From: an uncultured Verrucomicrobiota bacterium
GTDB taxonomy: Bacteria > Verrucomicrobiota > Kiritimatiellia > CAIQIC01 > Lenti-01
Assembly (NCBI GenBank): GCA_964397035.1
Contig: CAYNHA010000014.1
Coordinates: 1-51,805 of the forward strand
Direction of reading: 5' to 3'
DNA length: 51,805 nucleotides
Translations under genes and position numbers: made by a program
Notes under the pieces: generated by a model
The model's database searches: none
Told to the model about the DNA's origin: nothing
The model's input: the letters and a program-made list of their open reading frames with translations, nothing else
Shown: piece by piece, positions 26,062 through 34,509 of the stretch
Layout: the number at the start of each line of letters is the position of its first letter
How positions within the stretch are numbered: the first letter of the stretch is position 1

Positions 26062-27915
26062 ATGGCCGGCAACCTCTCCCGCAGCAACGACCTCGGCATC
26101 GGCCAGGGCAGGTTCCTCAAGGCGGCCACCCTCCTGTGCATGCTGTTCCTGCTGGTTCCGCTCCTGATCCTTGTCGTCTATTCCTTCAACGCCTCGCGCC
26201 AAGTAACCGTCTGGGAAGGCTTCAGCCTCAAGTGGTTCGCCGTGACGCTGAAAGACGGCGAATTGTGGTTCGCCATCCGCAACTCGCTCGTCATCGCGGG
26301 CATCAACGCCTTCGTCTCCACCGCCCTCGGCACCATGACGGCGCTGGCAATCGGCCGCTTCGCCTTCCGCGGCCGCCGATGGCTGGCGAGTCTCCTCTAT
26401 GTTCCCGTCGTCCTCCCCGAAATCATCCTCGGCATCGCCCTGCTCGTCCTCTTCGTCACGCTGGGCATGCCGCGCGGATTCCTCACCGTGATCATCGGCC
26501 ACGTCACCTTCAGCTTCCCCTTCGTGGCCCTGCTGGTGCTGGCCCGCGTGCAGGCGCTGGACCGTTCGCAGGAAGAAGCCAGCCTCGATCTGGGTGCCTC
26601 GCCCTGGCGCACCTTCCACTGCGTCATTCTTCCGCCCCTTTCCCCGGCCCTGCTCTCCGGGTTTCTCTTCGCCTTCACCATGAGCCTCGACGACTTCGTC
26701 ATTTCCTTCTTCGCCTCCGGCCCCGAAACCGTCACCCTGCCCCTCAAGGTCTATTCGATGGTGAAATTCGGCCTCACCCCCACCATCAACGTCGTTTCCA
26801 CTCTGCTCATTGCCTTCACCCTTGTCTCCCTCGTGGCCATTGACTGGATGCAGCAGGACGGCAAGCGCAAGCGCTGGGGACTGCGCCTCGGCGGCGCCAT
26901 GGCGGCCGCCCTCGCCGCCCTCATGGTATTCTCCTTCATCGGCGAAAACCGCCAGCAGAAACTCGTCATCGGCAACTGGGCCGAATATCTTTCCGCCGAC
27001 GTGATCGACGATTTCGAACGGCAAACCGGCATCCGCGTCGTCCTGACCTACTTCAACGACAACGAGGAACTGTACGCCAAGGCCACCATCGGCAAGCCCG
27101 GCATCGACCTGATCGTCCCCACCGGCTACATGGTCGAGCTGATGCGCAAGCAAAACCTGCTCGCCCCCTTCGACTTCAGCCGCATTCCCAACATCCGCCA
27201 CATCGATGAACGCTTCCGGCGCCTGCCCTTCGATCCCGACGGCCTCTACTACATTCCCTACACCTACGGCCTCACCGGACTCATCTACAATTCTGCCAAA
27301 ATCCCCGGCCCCGTCGATAGCTGGCGCATCCTCTGGGATGCCCGCTACGACGACCGCATCCTCGTCTTCAACGACATGCTCGAAATGTTCCATCTCTCCG
27401 AACGCCTCCTGGGCTATCGCCTCGAAGACGCCAACCTCGCCCAACTGGACGAAGCCCTCGCCTTCCTGAAAATGCAAAAGCCCCTTCTCCGGAAATACGA
27501 AAGCAACCTCATCAGCGAAATGCTCCTCGGCGGCGAAGCCGATGTTGCCATGACCTGGAACGGTCAGGCCCTGAAACTCACCGCCGACCATCCCGAATTC
27601 AAATTCGTCATCCCCAAGGAGGGAACCCTCCTCTTTGCCGACAATTTCTGCCTCCTGAAGGACGCGCCCCATCCCGATGCCGCCCACCTCTTCCTCAACT
27701 TCCTGCTCGATCCCGCCCAATCCAGCCGCAACATGCAGCTCATCCGCTACGCCATGCCCAACCCCGAGGCCATCCGCCTCCTCCCCGCCGAACTGCGCGA
27801 CAGCGAAACCATGTTCCCCCCTCTCGGCGACATGTCCAAACTGGACGTCATGCTCGACATGGGCGATTTCCTCCCCGAAATCCAACGGCGCTGGGTTCGG
27901 CTCATCAACGAATAA
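26062..27915 (+). CDS. Fusion protein: PotC-like ABC permease + extra TM anchor + PotD-like periplasmic polyamine-binding domain
   Basis: Residues ~1-270 form the permease, with EAA loop QEEASLDLGASPWRTFHCVILP. A hydrophobic helix GGAMAAALAALMVFSFIG follows. From ~aa 300 comes an SBP domain (KLVIGNWAEYLSADVIDDFERQTGIRV...YYIPYTYG...). It is a single uninterrupted 617-codon ORF. Confidence 0.8.
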   Translation: MAGNLSRSNDLGIGQGRFLKAATLLCMLFLLVPLLILVVYSFNASRQVTVWEGFSLKWFAVTLKDGELWFAIRNSLVIAGINAFVSTALGTMTALAIGRFAFRGRRWLASLLYVPVVLPEIILGIALLVLFVTLGMPRGFLTVIIGHVTFSFPFVALLVLARVQALDRSQEEASLDLGASPWRTFHCVILPPLSPALLSGFLFAFTMSLDDFVISFFASGPETVTLPLKVYSMVKFGLTPTINVVSTLLIAFTLVSLVAIDWMQQDGKRKRWGLRLGGAMAAALAALMVFSFIGENRQQKLVIGNWAEYLSADVIDDFERQTGIRVVLTYFNDNEELYAKATIGKPGIDLIVPTGYMVELMRKQNLLAPFDFSRIPNIRHIDERFRRLPFDPDGLYYIPYTYGLTGLIYNSAKIPGPVDSWRILWDARYDDRILVFNDMLEMFHLSERLLGYRLEDANLAQLDEALAFLKMQKPLLRKYESNLISEMLLGGEADVAMTWNGQALKLTADHPEFKFVIPKEGTLLFADNFCLLKDAPHPDAAHLFLNFLLDPAQSSRNMQLIRYAMPNPEAIRLLPAELRDSETMFPPLGDMSKLDVMLDMGDFLPEIQRRWVRLINE

Positions 27916-27933
27916 CCCGCGCCGGCCCGGAAG

Positions 27934-27975
27934 TTTTCCACACTGTGGAAAACTTTTTTCCACAGTGTGGAAAAC
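27934..27975. repeat. Paired palindrome element, locus 3 (TTTTCCACACTGTGGAAAAC + TTTTTTCCACAGTGTGGAAAAC)
   Basis: Read directly. Centres are at 27943 and 27965 (22 bp apart). The pair starts 19 nt after the potCD stop and ends 32 nt before the next start codon. Confidence 0.9.
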
Positions 27976-28006
27976 TCCGCCGGCCCCCACGAGAAAAGGA
28001 AAAACA

Positions 28007-28972
28007 ATGAAAACCATAATCCGGATTCCGCTGCTTCTCCTGCCCTTCCTGTGGGCCGCCGCTGTCGCACAGACCCCGCCGCCCGATTACGCCGATCCGG
28101 CCAACTGGGTCTTGCAGCCCGCGCCCGGCGAAGCGCCCAAACCCATCGATGTGTTCTACGTCTATCCCACCGTGGTCGCCGACCGGGACCATCCGCTGAT
28201 GTCCTGGACCAACGAAACCCTGCGCGCCAAAACCGTCCGCATCGCCCGCCAGCAAACCTGCATGTTTTCGGATTTCGCCAACGTGTACGCTCCCTTTGCC
28301 CGCCAACTCGAATTCTACCGGGCCATGGAGGCGCTGCGAAAAATTCCGCCCGACTACGAAGCCATGCGAACCGGCGCCGACGACGTGCGCGCGGCCTTCC
28401 GCCATTATCTGGAACAGGACAACCACGGCCGGCCCTTCGTGCTGCTGGGACACAGTCAGGGCGCCATGGATTTGTTCCTCGCCATGAAGGACGACTTCGG
28501 CGACGCCACCGTCACCTCGAATTTCGTGGCGGCCTATCTGATCGGAATGGCCATCCGCCCCGAAGACATCGCCGGATTCCCGCACCTGCGCATGGCCAAC
28601 GGCGAAACGGATACGGGCGTGATCGTGACCTACAATTCGGAGGCGCTCCTCGCCGCCCCCTCGCCCTTTTCGGGACCGCAAACCTACGGCATCAACCCGC
28701 TGAACTGGCGAACCGACGGGGAACCCGCCTCGGCCAGCATGAATCTCGGCGCGGTGTTCTTTGACGAAAACGGCAGCGTGGCCTCCGAGGTCCCGTCCTT
28801 CTGCGGCGCCACGCTGGACGCCGAACGCGGCGCCCTTCTCGTGGAACCCACCGGCCTCGGCCCCTACGATGCACCCGCCCTGCTGGGCGAAGGCGTCTAC
28901 CACATGAACGACCTCTATTTCTTCTACCGCAACCTCGGCCGGAATGCCCAGATCCGCGCCGCCTCGAAATAA
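28007..28972 (+). CDS. Secreted alpha/beta hydrolase, DUF3089-like
   Basis: AAAGGA lies upstream of ATG 28007. The signal peptide is MKTIIRIPLLLLPFLWAAAVAQ. IDVFYVYPT and the nucleophile elbow GHSQGA are present. The ORF-track start 27677 overlaps potCD and the repeat, so it was rejected. Confidence 0.7.
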   Translation: MKTIIRIPLLLLPFLWAAAVAQTPPPDYADPANWVLQPAPGEAPKPIDVFYVYPTVVADRDHPLMSWTNETLRAKTVRIARQQTCMFSDFANVYAPFARQLEFYRAMEALRKIPPDYEAMRTGADDVRAAFRHYLEQDNHGRPFVLLGHSQGAMDLFLAMKDDFGDATVTSNFVAAYLIGMAIRPEDIAGFPHLRMANGETDTGVIVTYNSEALLAAPSPFSGPQTYGINPLNWRTDGEPASASMNLGAVFFDENGSVASEVPSFCGATLDAERGALLVEPTGLGPYDAPALLGEGVYHMNDLYFFYRNLGRNAQIRAASK

Positions 28973-28982
28973 GACCCGTTGC

Positions 28983-29861
28983 CTAGTTCCCCATCGCCCC
29001 GGGCGTCAAGTAGGCGCTGCGGATCAATAGCGCCCGGCGCATCAACGCCTCCCAAAGCATTCCGCTTTCCTCCACCGAAATGGCATCGGCCTCGTCCAGT
29101 TCATCCACCCGGCAAAGCTCCCGGACTAGATCAACCTTTTCAACGGTTTCCCCGCTGACGCGAATGCTCTCGTCCATCCGGTCAAATGCCTCAAACAAAC
29201 GGAGCAGCGTTTGGAAGAACTGCTGGCTCGGATACAACTCAAACCCCTCTTCGATGGAATCGCCTGCATACGTCCCGACCATGCCGCTGGTGATGAACTG
29301 CTGGAGAATCGTTCCGTAGAGCCCGTCGATCAGGTAGTCCGCCGTCTCGGCACTCGACAGCAGTTGTGGCAGCTCGTTCACATAGTCCGACGCCAATTGC
29401 CCGATCAGCACCTGGATGTCCACCGCGGCGGGATCATCCGCCAAGGCTTTCAGGGTTTTGAGGAAGTAGTTGTTCAAATCGGCGTAGGACCGCAGATCCA
29501 GCTTCACCTGGATTTCCTCGATCACCGCAACGCAATCCAGCACTTCCTGCCGCTTCAGGAAGGTGGCCGCATAGAGCGCATCAAACAACTTCACGCCTGC
29601 ATAGAAGCGCAGTTGCTCTTCGTCCAACTTCTCCACCAAATCATTGGGCGCCGCCAGGGAGGGCTGGTAGGTCATGCCGTGCTCCTTCAGCTTCCGGTAC
29701 CAGTCGAAAATGTCCAGCACGTTCGCCTGGGTCAGGGTCGCCTGGGCCTCCACGGCCATTTGTTCCAGCGATTTGGCCACATCGGCGGCCGCCTCCTCGT
29801 TCGCAAGGACCGGAAGCACCAGCATCCAGGACAGCAGGCAGACCCATAGAATCTTCTTCAT
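28983..29861 (-). CDS. Hypothetical secreted all-helical protein
   Basis: ATG 29861 gives the signal peptide MKKILWVCLLSWMLVLPVLA. The protein is acidic and Leu-rich. No family recognised. Confidence 0.55.
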   Translation of the reverse strand: MKKILWVCLLSWMLVLPVLANEEAAADVAKSLEQMAVEAQATLTQANVLDIFDWYRKLKEHGMTYQPSLAAPNDLVEKLDEEQLRFYAGVKLFDALYAATFLKRQEVLDCVAVIEEIQVKLDLRSYADLNNYFLKTLKALADDPAAVDIQVLIGQLASDYVNELPQLLSSAETADYLIDGLYGTILQQFITSGMVGTYAGDSIEEGFELYPSQQFFQTLLRLFEAFDRMDESIRVSGETVEKVDLVRELCRVDELDEADAISVEESGMLWEALMRRALLIRSAYLTPGAMGN

Positions 29862-29994
29862 CGTTTTCTCCGGCAGCGTTTGTTTGGGAACTTCATTCAT
29901 CTCGGGCTTCGAGCCTACCCAAAACCAACGCGGCCCACAACAAGGGAATGCCTCATCCGGTTACAAAATCGGCTCAAATCCCGGGATTATTGAA

Positions 29995-30023
29995 TTGACA
30001 TAAGTCAGCGGTTCCCCTAGGTT
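29995..30023 (+). promoter_or_regulatory. Candidate sigma70-type promoter for rpsU (TTGACA-17 nt-TAGGTT)
   Basis: TTGACA is at 29995-30000 and TAGGTT at 30018-30023. This would give a ~85-nt leader containing the hairpins CCGCCGGA/TCCGGCGG (30037-30058) and CCGCC/GGCGG (30062-30076). Confidence 0.3.
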
Positions 30024-30113
30024 CCACGCGTTTTACCGCCGGACTCCCGTTCCGGCGGCCCCCGCCTTCCGAGGCGGTGGATTTGCATACAGAAGGCAGG
30101 TGAGTTTTCTAAT

Positions 30114-30311
30114 ATGACAGAAGTGAAAATCAGGAAGGGCGAATCCGTCGAAAAGGCGTTGCGCCGCCTGAAGAAGAAACTGGACCGCGAAGGGATCATG
30201 CGCGATATCCGCGCCAAACGGCATTTCGAAAAGCCGAGCGAGAAGCGTCGCCGCAAGGCCGCCCGCGCCCGCATCAATGCCCGCCGCGCCACGTATGCCG
30301 CAGCGTTGTAA
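30114..30311 (+). CDS. rpsU: 30S ribosomal protein S21
   Basis: A 65-aa basic protein: [48 protein letters not shown]... Confidence 0.95.
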   Translation: MTEVKIRKGESVEKALRRLKKKLDREGIMRDIRAKRHFEKPSEKRRRKAARARINARRATYAAAL

Positions 30312-30333
30312 TCCTCGGTCCTAACATGACCAC

Positions 30334-30367
30334 AGAGCCGGAACTCAAGAACCGGCTCTTTTATTTT
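30334..30367 (+). terminator. Rho-independent terminator after rpsU
   Basis: AGAGCCGG (30334-30341) pairs with CCGGCTCT (30352-30359) around a 10-nt loop. TTTTTATTTT follows. Confidence 0.7.
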
Positions 30368-30396
30368 GCTCCCACCCATGCTATGAAACGCCCATC

Positions 30397-31611
30397 ATGA
30401 AAATTCTCGTCATCAACGCCGGCAGTTCTTCCATCAAGTATCAACTCATGGACATCGAGGACGTGCACCACTGCACCCTTCTGGCCTCGGGTCTCGTCGA
30501 AAAAATCGGGGAGCCCGTCGGGCGCATCACGCACAAGACCTTCCAAGGTTCAAGCGAGCACAAGTTCGTCGAGGAAGGCCCTCTGCCCACCCACCACGAA
30601 GGCATGTCCCGCCTGGTCGCGCTGCTGACCGACACCCAGAAGGGCGTGATTCGCGACGCCGCCGAAATCCATGGCGTGGGCCACCGCGTACTGAGCTGCG
30701 GCGAGGTTTATAGCGACACCGTTCGAGTCACGCCCAAGGTCAAGGAAACCATTCGCGAATTCTTCCCTCTGGGTCCCCTGCACAATCCGCCCAACCTGAT
30801 GGGAATCGAAGTGGCGGAAGAGTTTTTCCCCAACGCGCCCCAGGTGGCCGTCTTCGACACCGCCTTCCACCAGACCATGCCTCCCAAGGCGTTTCTCTAT
30901 GCCGTGCCCTATGAGTGGTACACGAAATTCCGCCTTCGCAAATACGGCTTTCATGGCACTTCCCACAAGTTCATCGCCCAAGCGACGGCCGAATTCCTTG
31001 GCCAGCCGTTGCATCAAACCAGCCTCATCAGCATCCATCTTGGGAACGGCTGCTCCATGGCGGCCATCCACAACGGCAAATGCGTGGACACCACCATGGG
31101 GGTCACGCCGCTGGAAGGTCTCATGATGGGCACGCGGTCCGGCGACATTGATCCCGCCGCGCTGGAATACATCATGGGCCAAACCGGCATGGATATCCAC
31201 CAGATGGTCAACGCCCTCAACAAGCAGTCCGGTCTCAAGGGTGTTTGCGGCGTCAACGATATGCGCGAGGTGGTCGAAGCCGCCGCCGCCGGCAACACGC
31301 AGGCGGAAACCGCCCTGCAAATGTTCACCTACCGGATCCAGAAATACATCGGCGCCTACATGGCGGTCGTGCCCAATCTCCAGGCCATCGTGTTCACTGC
31401 AGGCATTGGACAAAACTCCGCCCCCGTCCGCGAACGAATTTGCAGGGATCTGGCCCATCTCGGACTTCGAATCGATGCTGCCAAGAATGCCGCCCGGTCC
31501 GACGATCCGCGGGAAATTCAGACGAAAGACGCACCCCTTCGCATTCTCGTGCTGCCTACCAACGAAGAACTCCAAATCGCCGTCGAAACCAAGCACATCA
31601 TCGAGCAATAA
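30397..31611 (+). CDS. ackA: Acetate kinase
   Basis: Motifs: MKILVINAGSSSIKYQL, GHRVLSCGE, FDTAFHQTMP, YGFHGTSH, THLGNGCSM-type block (IHLGNGCSM). Confidence 0.95.
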   Translation: MKILVINAGSSSIKYQLMDIEDVHHCTLLASGLVEKIGEPVGRITHKTFQGSSEHKFVEEGPLPTHHEGMSRLVALLTDTQKGVIRDAAEIHGVGHRVLSCGEVYSDTVRVTPKVKETIREFFPLGPLHNPPNLMGIEVAEEFFPNAPQVAVFDTAFHQTMPPKAFLYAVPYEWYTKFRLRKYGFHGTSHKFIAQATAEFLGQPLHQTSLISIHLGNGCSMAAIHNGKCVDTTMGVTPLEGLMMGTRSGDIDPAALEYIMGQTGMDIHQMVNALNKQSGLKGVCGVNDMREVVEAAAAGNTQAETALQMFTYRIQKYIGAYMAVVPNLQAIVFTAGIGQNSAPVRERICRDLAHLGLRIDAAKNAARSDDPREIQTKDAPLRILVLPTNEELQIAVETKHIIEQ

Positions 31612-31692
31612 CCGGTCACCGTCCGGTTGTGGCGTGCCGCAGGGCGCATATCGCCTTGCGGCATGGAGGTGGGCACGCTACTCTCTCGGCCC

Positions 31693-32979
31693 ATGATGAT
31701 GATGTCGCCTTCCATTTTTCCCCGCCGGTTTATCTGCCTGGCATGCTCTTTGTGGAGCGCGCTTCTTCCATCGCTCCAGGCTCAAACCGATTCCACCCTT
31801 CTCACCGTAGGTCCGGGATGGGCATGGGTCCGGGAGTTTTTCCCCTCGTCTGGCGAAACGGAAATCGACCAAATCATCTGGACGAATCCGCCGCCCCAAA
31901 TCGAGTTGGATACGCTTCAGGTCTGGAACATCCGCCGCCTGTGGCCCGTTCGCGACTGGCGTTGGCTGGAGCCGGAAAATTCGGAACCGCCTCGGAATGT
32001 TCTTCTATGGAATCCCGCCGGTAGTCCCGCAACGCCGTCTTCCTCCCGTTCGCTGGAAATCCACTTGGCCGAACCCCTCTCCCACCGCTTGGGGCACTCG
32101 ATCACCTACCGCCTTCCCCGGTGGAATTGGAGTGCGTTCTACCGCGTCACCGTGCGGGGAATCGGCACGGAATCCACCGATGCCGTTCAGGTGGATCTCG
32201 TCGCGCATGTGCGGATTCAAAACGACACTTCGGCCGAGTATCGGCAGGCAAAACTGTCGCTGGTCGGCACCGATTCATCGAGCCTGGCTCCTTCCAAGCC
32301 ATTCGGGTTGCTTGATCTCAATCCCGACTCCCCGCTCTCCGACCTCTGGCTTTCTCGGCATTCATCCGATCCGGCCATTCCCATTGTCTATCCGCTCCAG
32401 ATTGAAACCCCCATCCCAGCACATCGGCAAACAGAAGTTCCGTTCGCGCAAGTCCTCCGCAAACCCGCCCAAATCACCCACCTTTGCGATTCGGAAAATA
32501 TCCCGGCCCCTACACCCGCAGGCGGCATTCCCTTGCAGCGTCGGCTACTTATTGCCAATCTTCCGACCCTTGGCCTTGGATTCCCCCTGCCCGCCGGGAA
32601 GGCGGAGATCTTTCTGGGCACGGTTCAAGGTGCGCCACTCCAGTCGGGCCACGTCTTTCCCACTCCTTTTCCGGGCACGCTCCAGCTCGATATGGGCCCC
32701 GTTGAAGCCGTCCGTGCCAGTCGCCAGACCGGGTAGCAGCAGGCCCTTCCCGAAGGGGCTTGGCAGGCTGAATACTCCATCACACTGGTGAATCAGCAAA
32801 AATCGGTTGCGCGCATCCAAGTCATCGAGAAACCCCCGACTCCCATGAAGTGGAATCTGGTCAAGTCATCGCTTCCCTGCCAGCAAAGGGAAGGCACCTT
32901 GAATTTTGATCTGACCGTCCAGCCTCAATCCACCCAGACCATTTCATACCGCCTTCGCCTGCTTTCCCAGTCCATGTGA
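31693..32979 (+). pseudogene. DUF4139-like secreted protein interrupted by a single in-frame TAG at 32734-32736
   Basis: ORFs 31627-32736 and 32788-32979 are in the same frame, and the codons between them are open. Read through, the protein is ...VEAVRASRQTG*QQALPEGAWQAEYSITLVNQQKSVARIQVIEKPP...TISYRLRLLSQSM. This is the typical DUF4139 C-terminal architecture. ATG 31693 gives the signal peptide MMMMSPSIFPRRFICLACSLWSALLPSLQAQ. Confidence 0.55.
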
Positions 32980-33017
32980 TCTTTCACTCCCCCTTCCGTT
33001 CTCCCAGCCTTTACTCG

Positions 33018-33049
33018 ATCGACGCATAGTTAATTAACTATGCGTCGAT
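33018..33049. promoter_or_regulatory. Perfect 32-bp palindrome ATCGACGCATAGTTAATTAACTATGCGTCGAT upstream of pfk
   Basis: Read directly, with 16 + 16 perfectly complementary positions. It lies 39 nt after the DUF4139-like stop and 90-123 nt before the candidate pfk starts. No U-tract follows. Confidence 0.6.
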
Positions 33050-33171
33050 TCGGTATGAACGTATTCTCCACAAGCCAGAACACCGAACCTTCGGAATTTC
33101 TTCTTTTCGCTTCCATTTGTCGCTCCTACACCACTACCATGTCGTCCACATCTTTTGAACCGGAGAAATCT

Positions 33172-34476
33172 ATGTCCTCGACTCTCGATACCCGTATTTC
33201 CTCTCTTGGCCCTTGTGTGACTCCTTCCCCGTTGGGCTTTAACACCGTTGAAGGCGATGAAATCAGCAATTTCATTTCCGATGAAACCCGCGTTCGGTAT
33301 CAGGTGGAAATCCCATCCGGGACTGCGTTGGATAACGAGACCTTCTTTGAAAAAGCCGGGCCGCGCCAAAACCTGTTTTTCGATCCAAAGACCACCCGCG
33401 CGGCCATTGTCACCTGCGGCGGACTGTGCCCCGGCCTGAACAATGTGATTCGCTCCGTATTCCTAGAACTGCACCACAACTATGGCATTCGCGAAATCCT
33501 CGGCATCCGCCACGGATTCCTGGGACTGACGGACAAGGGAGAACCTCCCGTTGCATTGACAACCGAAATGGTCGATGACATCCACCGGGATGGTGGCAGC
33601 ATCCTCTCCTCCTCGCGCGGCAAGCAGGACGAGAAGGAAATGGTGGATTTCCTTGTCAAGCATGGAATCAACATTCTCCTTTGCGTGGGTGGAGATGGAA
33701 CCCAGAAGGGATCTCACGCCATTGCGGAAGAGGTGAAGCGCCGCCACCTTCCCATCTCCATTGTCGGAGTTCCCAAAACCATCGACAACGACATCCAATT
33801 CGTCGGCATGACGTTTGGCTATTTCAGCGCCATCGAATCCGCCCGTGCCATTCTGGATGGGGCGCACTGCGAATCAAAGGGCGCTCCCAACGGAATCGGG
33901 CTGGTCAAACTCATGGGGCGCGATTCCGGATTCATCACGGCCGGCGCAGCGGTGGCCTCCCAGGAGGTCAACTTTGTTCTCGTTCCCGAAGTCCCCATCC
34001 ATCTGGATGGCCCCAAGGGATTCCTGGCCACCTTGCATCGGCGCATGACCGATCGGCACCATGCGGTGATCGTCGTGGCCGAGGGTGCAGGCCAGGAATT
34101 CATGAAGCAGGAAGACGAAATCGACAAGTCCGGAAACCGCAAAAAGGCGGACATTGGCCTTTTCCTCCGGGATCGCATTCTGGCCTATTTCAAAGAGAAG
34201 TCCACCGAGGTCAATCTCAAGTACATCGACCCGTCCTACATCATCCGTTCTGTCCCCGCCAATTCACAGGATGCCTGGCTGTGCGATGGCTTTGCCCGGA
34301 ACGCCGTGCACGCGGCCATGGCCGGAAAAACCGATCTCATCATTGGCTATTGGCACGGCGTTTTCGTGCATGTCCCCATTCCCGCCGCCGTGTCCAGCCG
34401 CAAAAAGGTCAACCCGGAAAGCGAACTCTGGAAAGCCGTCATCTCGGCCACCGGACAGCCGCACCAATGGATTTGA
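33172..34476 (+). CDS. 6-phosphofructokinase (PfkA superfamily, long plant-like clade; phosphoryl donor not resolved)
   Basis: Motifs: TCGGLCPGLNNVIR, LLCVGGDGTQKG, GVPKTIDNDI, MGRDSGF. ATG 33172 is preceded by GGAGAA. ATG 33139 is an alternative start. The ORF-track start 33040 lies inside the palindrome. Confidence 0.85.
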   Translation: MSSTLDTRISSLGPCVTPSPLGFNTVEGDEISNFISDETRVRYQVEIPSGTALDNETFFEKAGPRQNLFFDPKTTRAAIVTCGGLCPGLNNVIRSVFLELHHNYGIREILGIRHGFLGLTDKGEPPVALTTEMVDDIHRDGGSILSSSRGKQDEKEMVDFLVKHGINILLCVGGDGTQKGSHAIAEEVKRRHLPISIVGVPKTIDNDIQFVGMTFGYFSAIESARAILDGAHCESKGAPNGIGLVKLMGRDSGFITAGAAVASQEVNFVLVPEVPIHLDGPKGFLATLHRRMTDRHHAVIVVAEGAGQEFMKQEDEIDKSGNRKKADIGLFLRDRILAYFKEKSTEVNLKYIDPSYIIRSVPANSQDAWLCDGFARNAVHAAMAGKTDLIIGYWHGVFVHVPIPAAVSSRKKVNPESELWKAVISATGQPHQWI

Positions 34477-34509
34477 GCCCCTCCGGGCGCTCAAAGCAAA
34501 AGAAAAATC

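Noticed and set aside
32734-32736. In-frame TAG as pyrrolysine or a genetic-code change.
   Set aside because: TAG terminates the sulfatase (1678-1680), potA (25181-25183) and potB (26055-26057) at positions consistent with full-length homologues. No pyl genes are in the window. A nonsense mutation or a sequencing error is more parsimonious.
33018-33049. The TTAATTAA (PacI site) centred palindrome as a cloning or assembly artefact, or as a Rho-independent terminator.
   Set aside because: It is flanked by normal unique sequence continuous with the genes on both sides, which argues against an artefact. There is no U-tract on either strand, so a canonical intrinsic terminator is unlikely. It is kept as a candidate operator.
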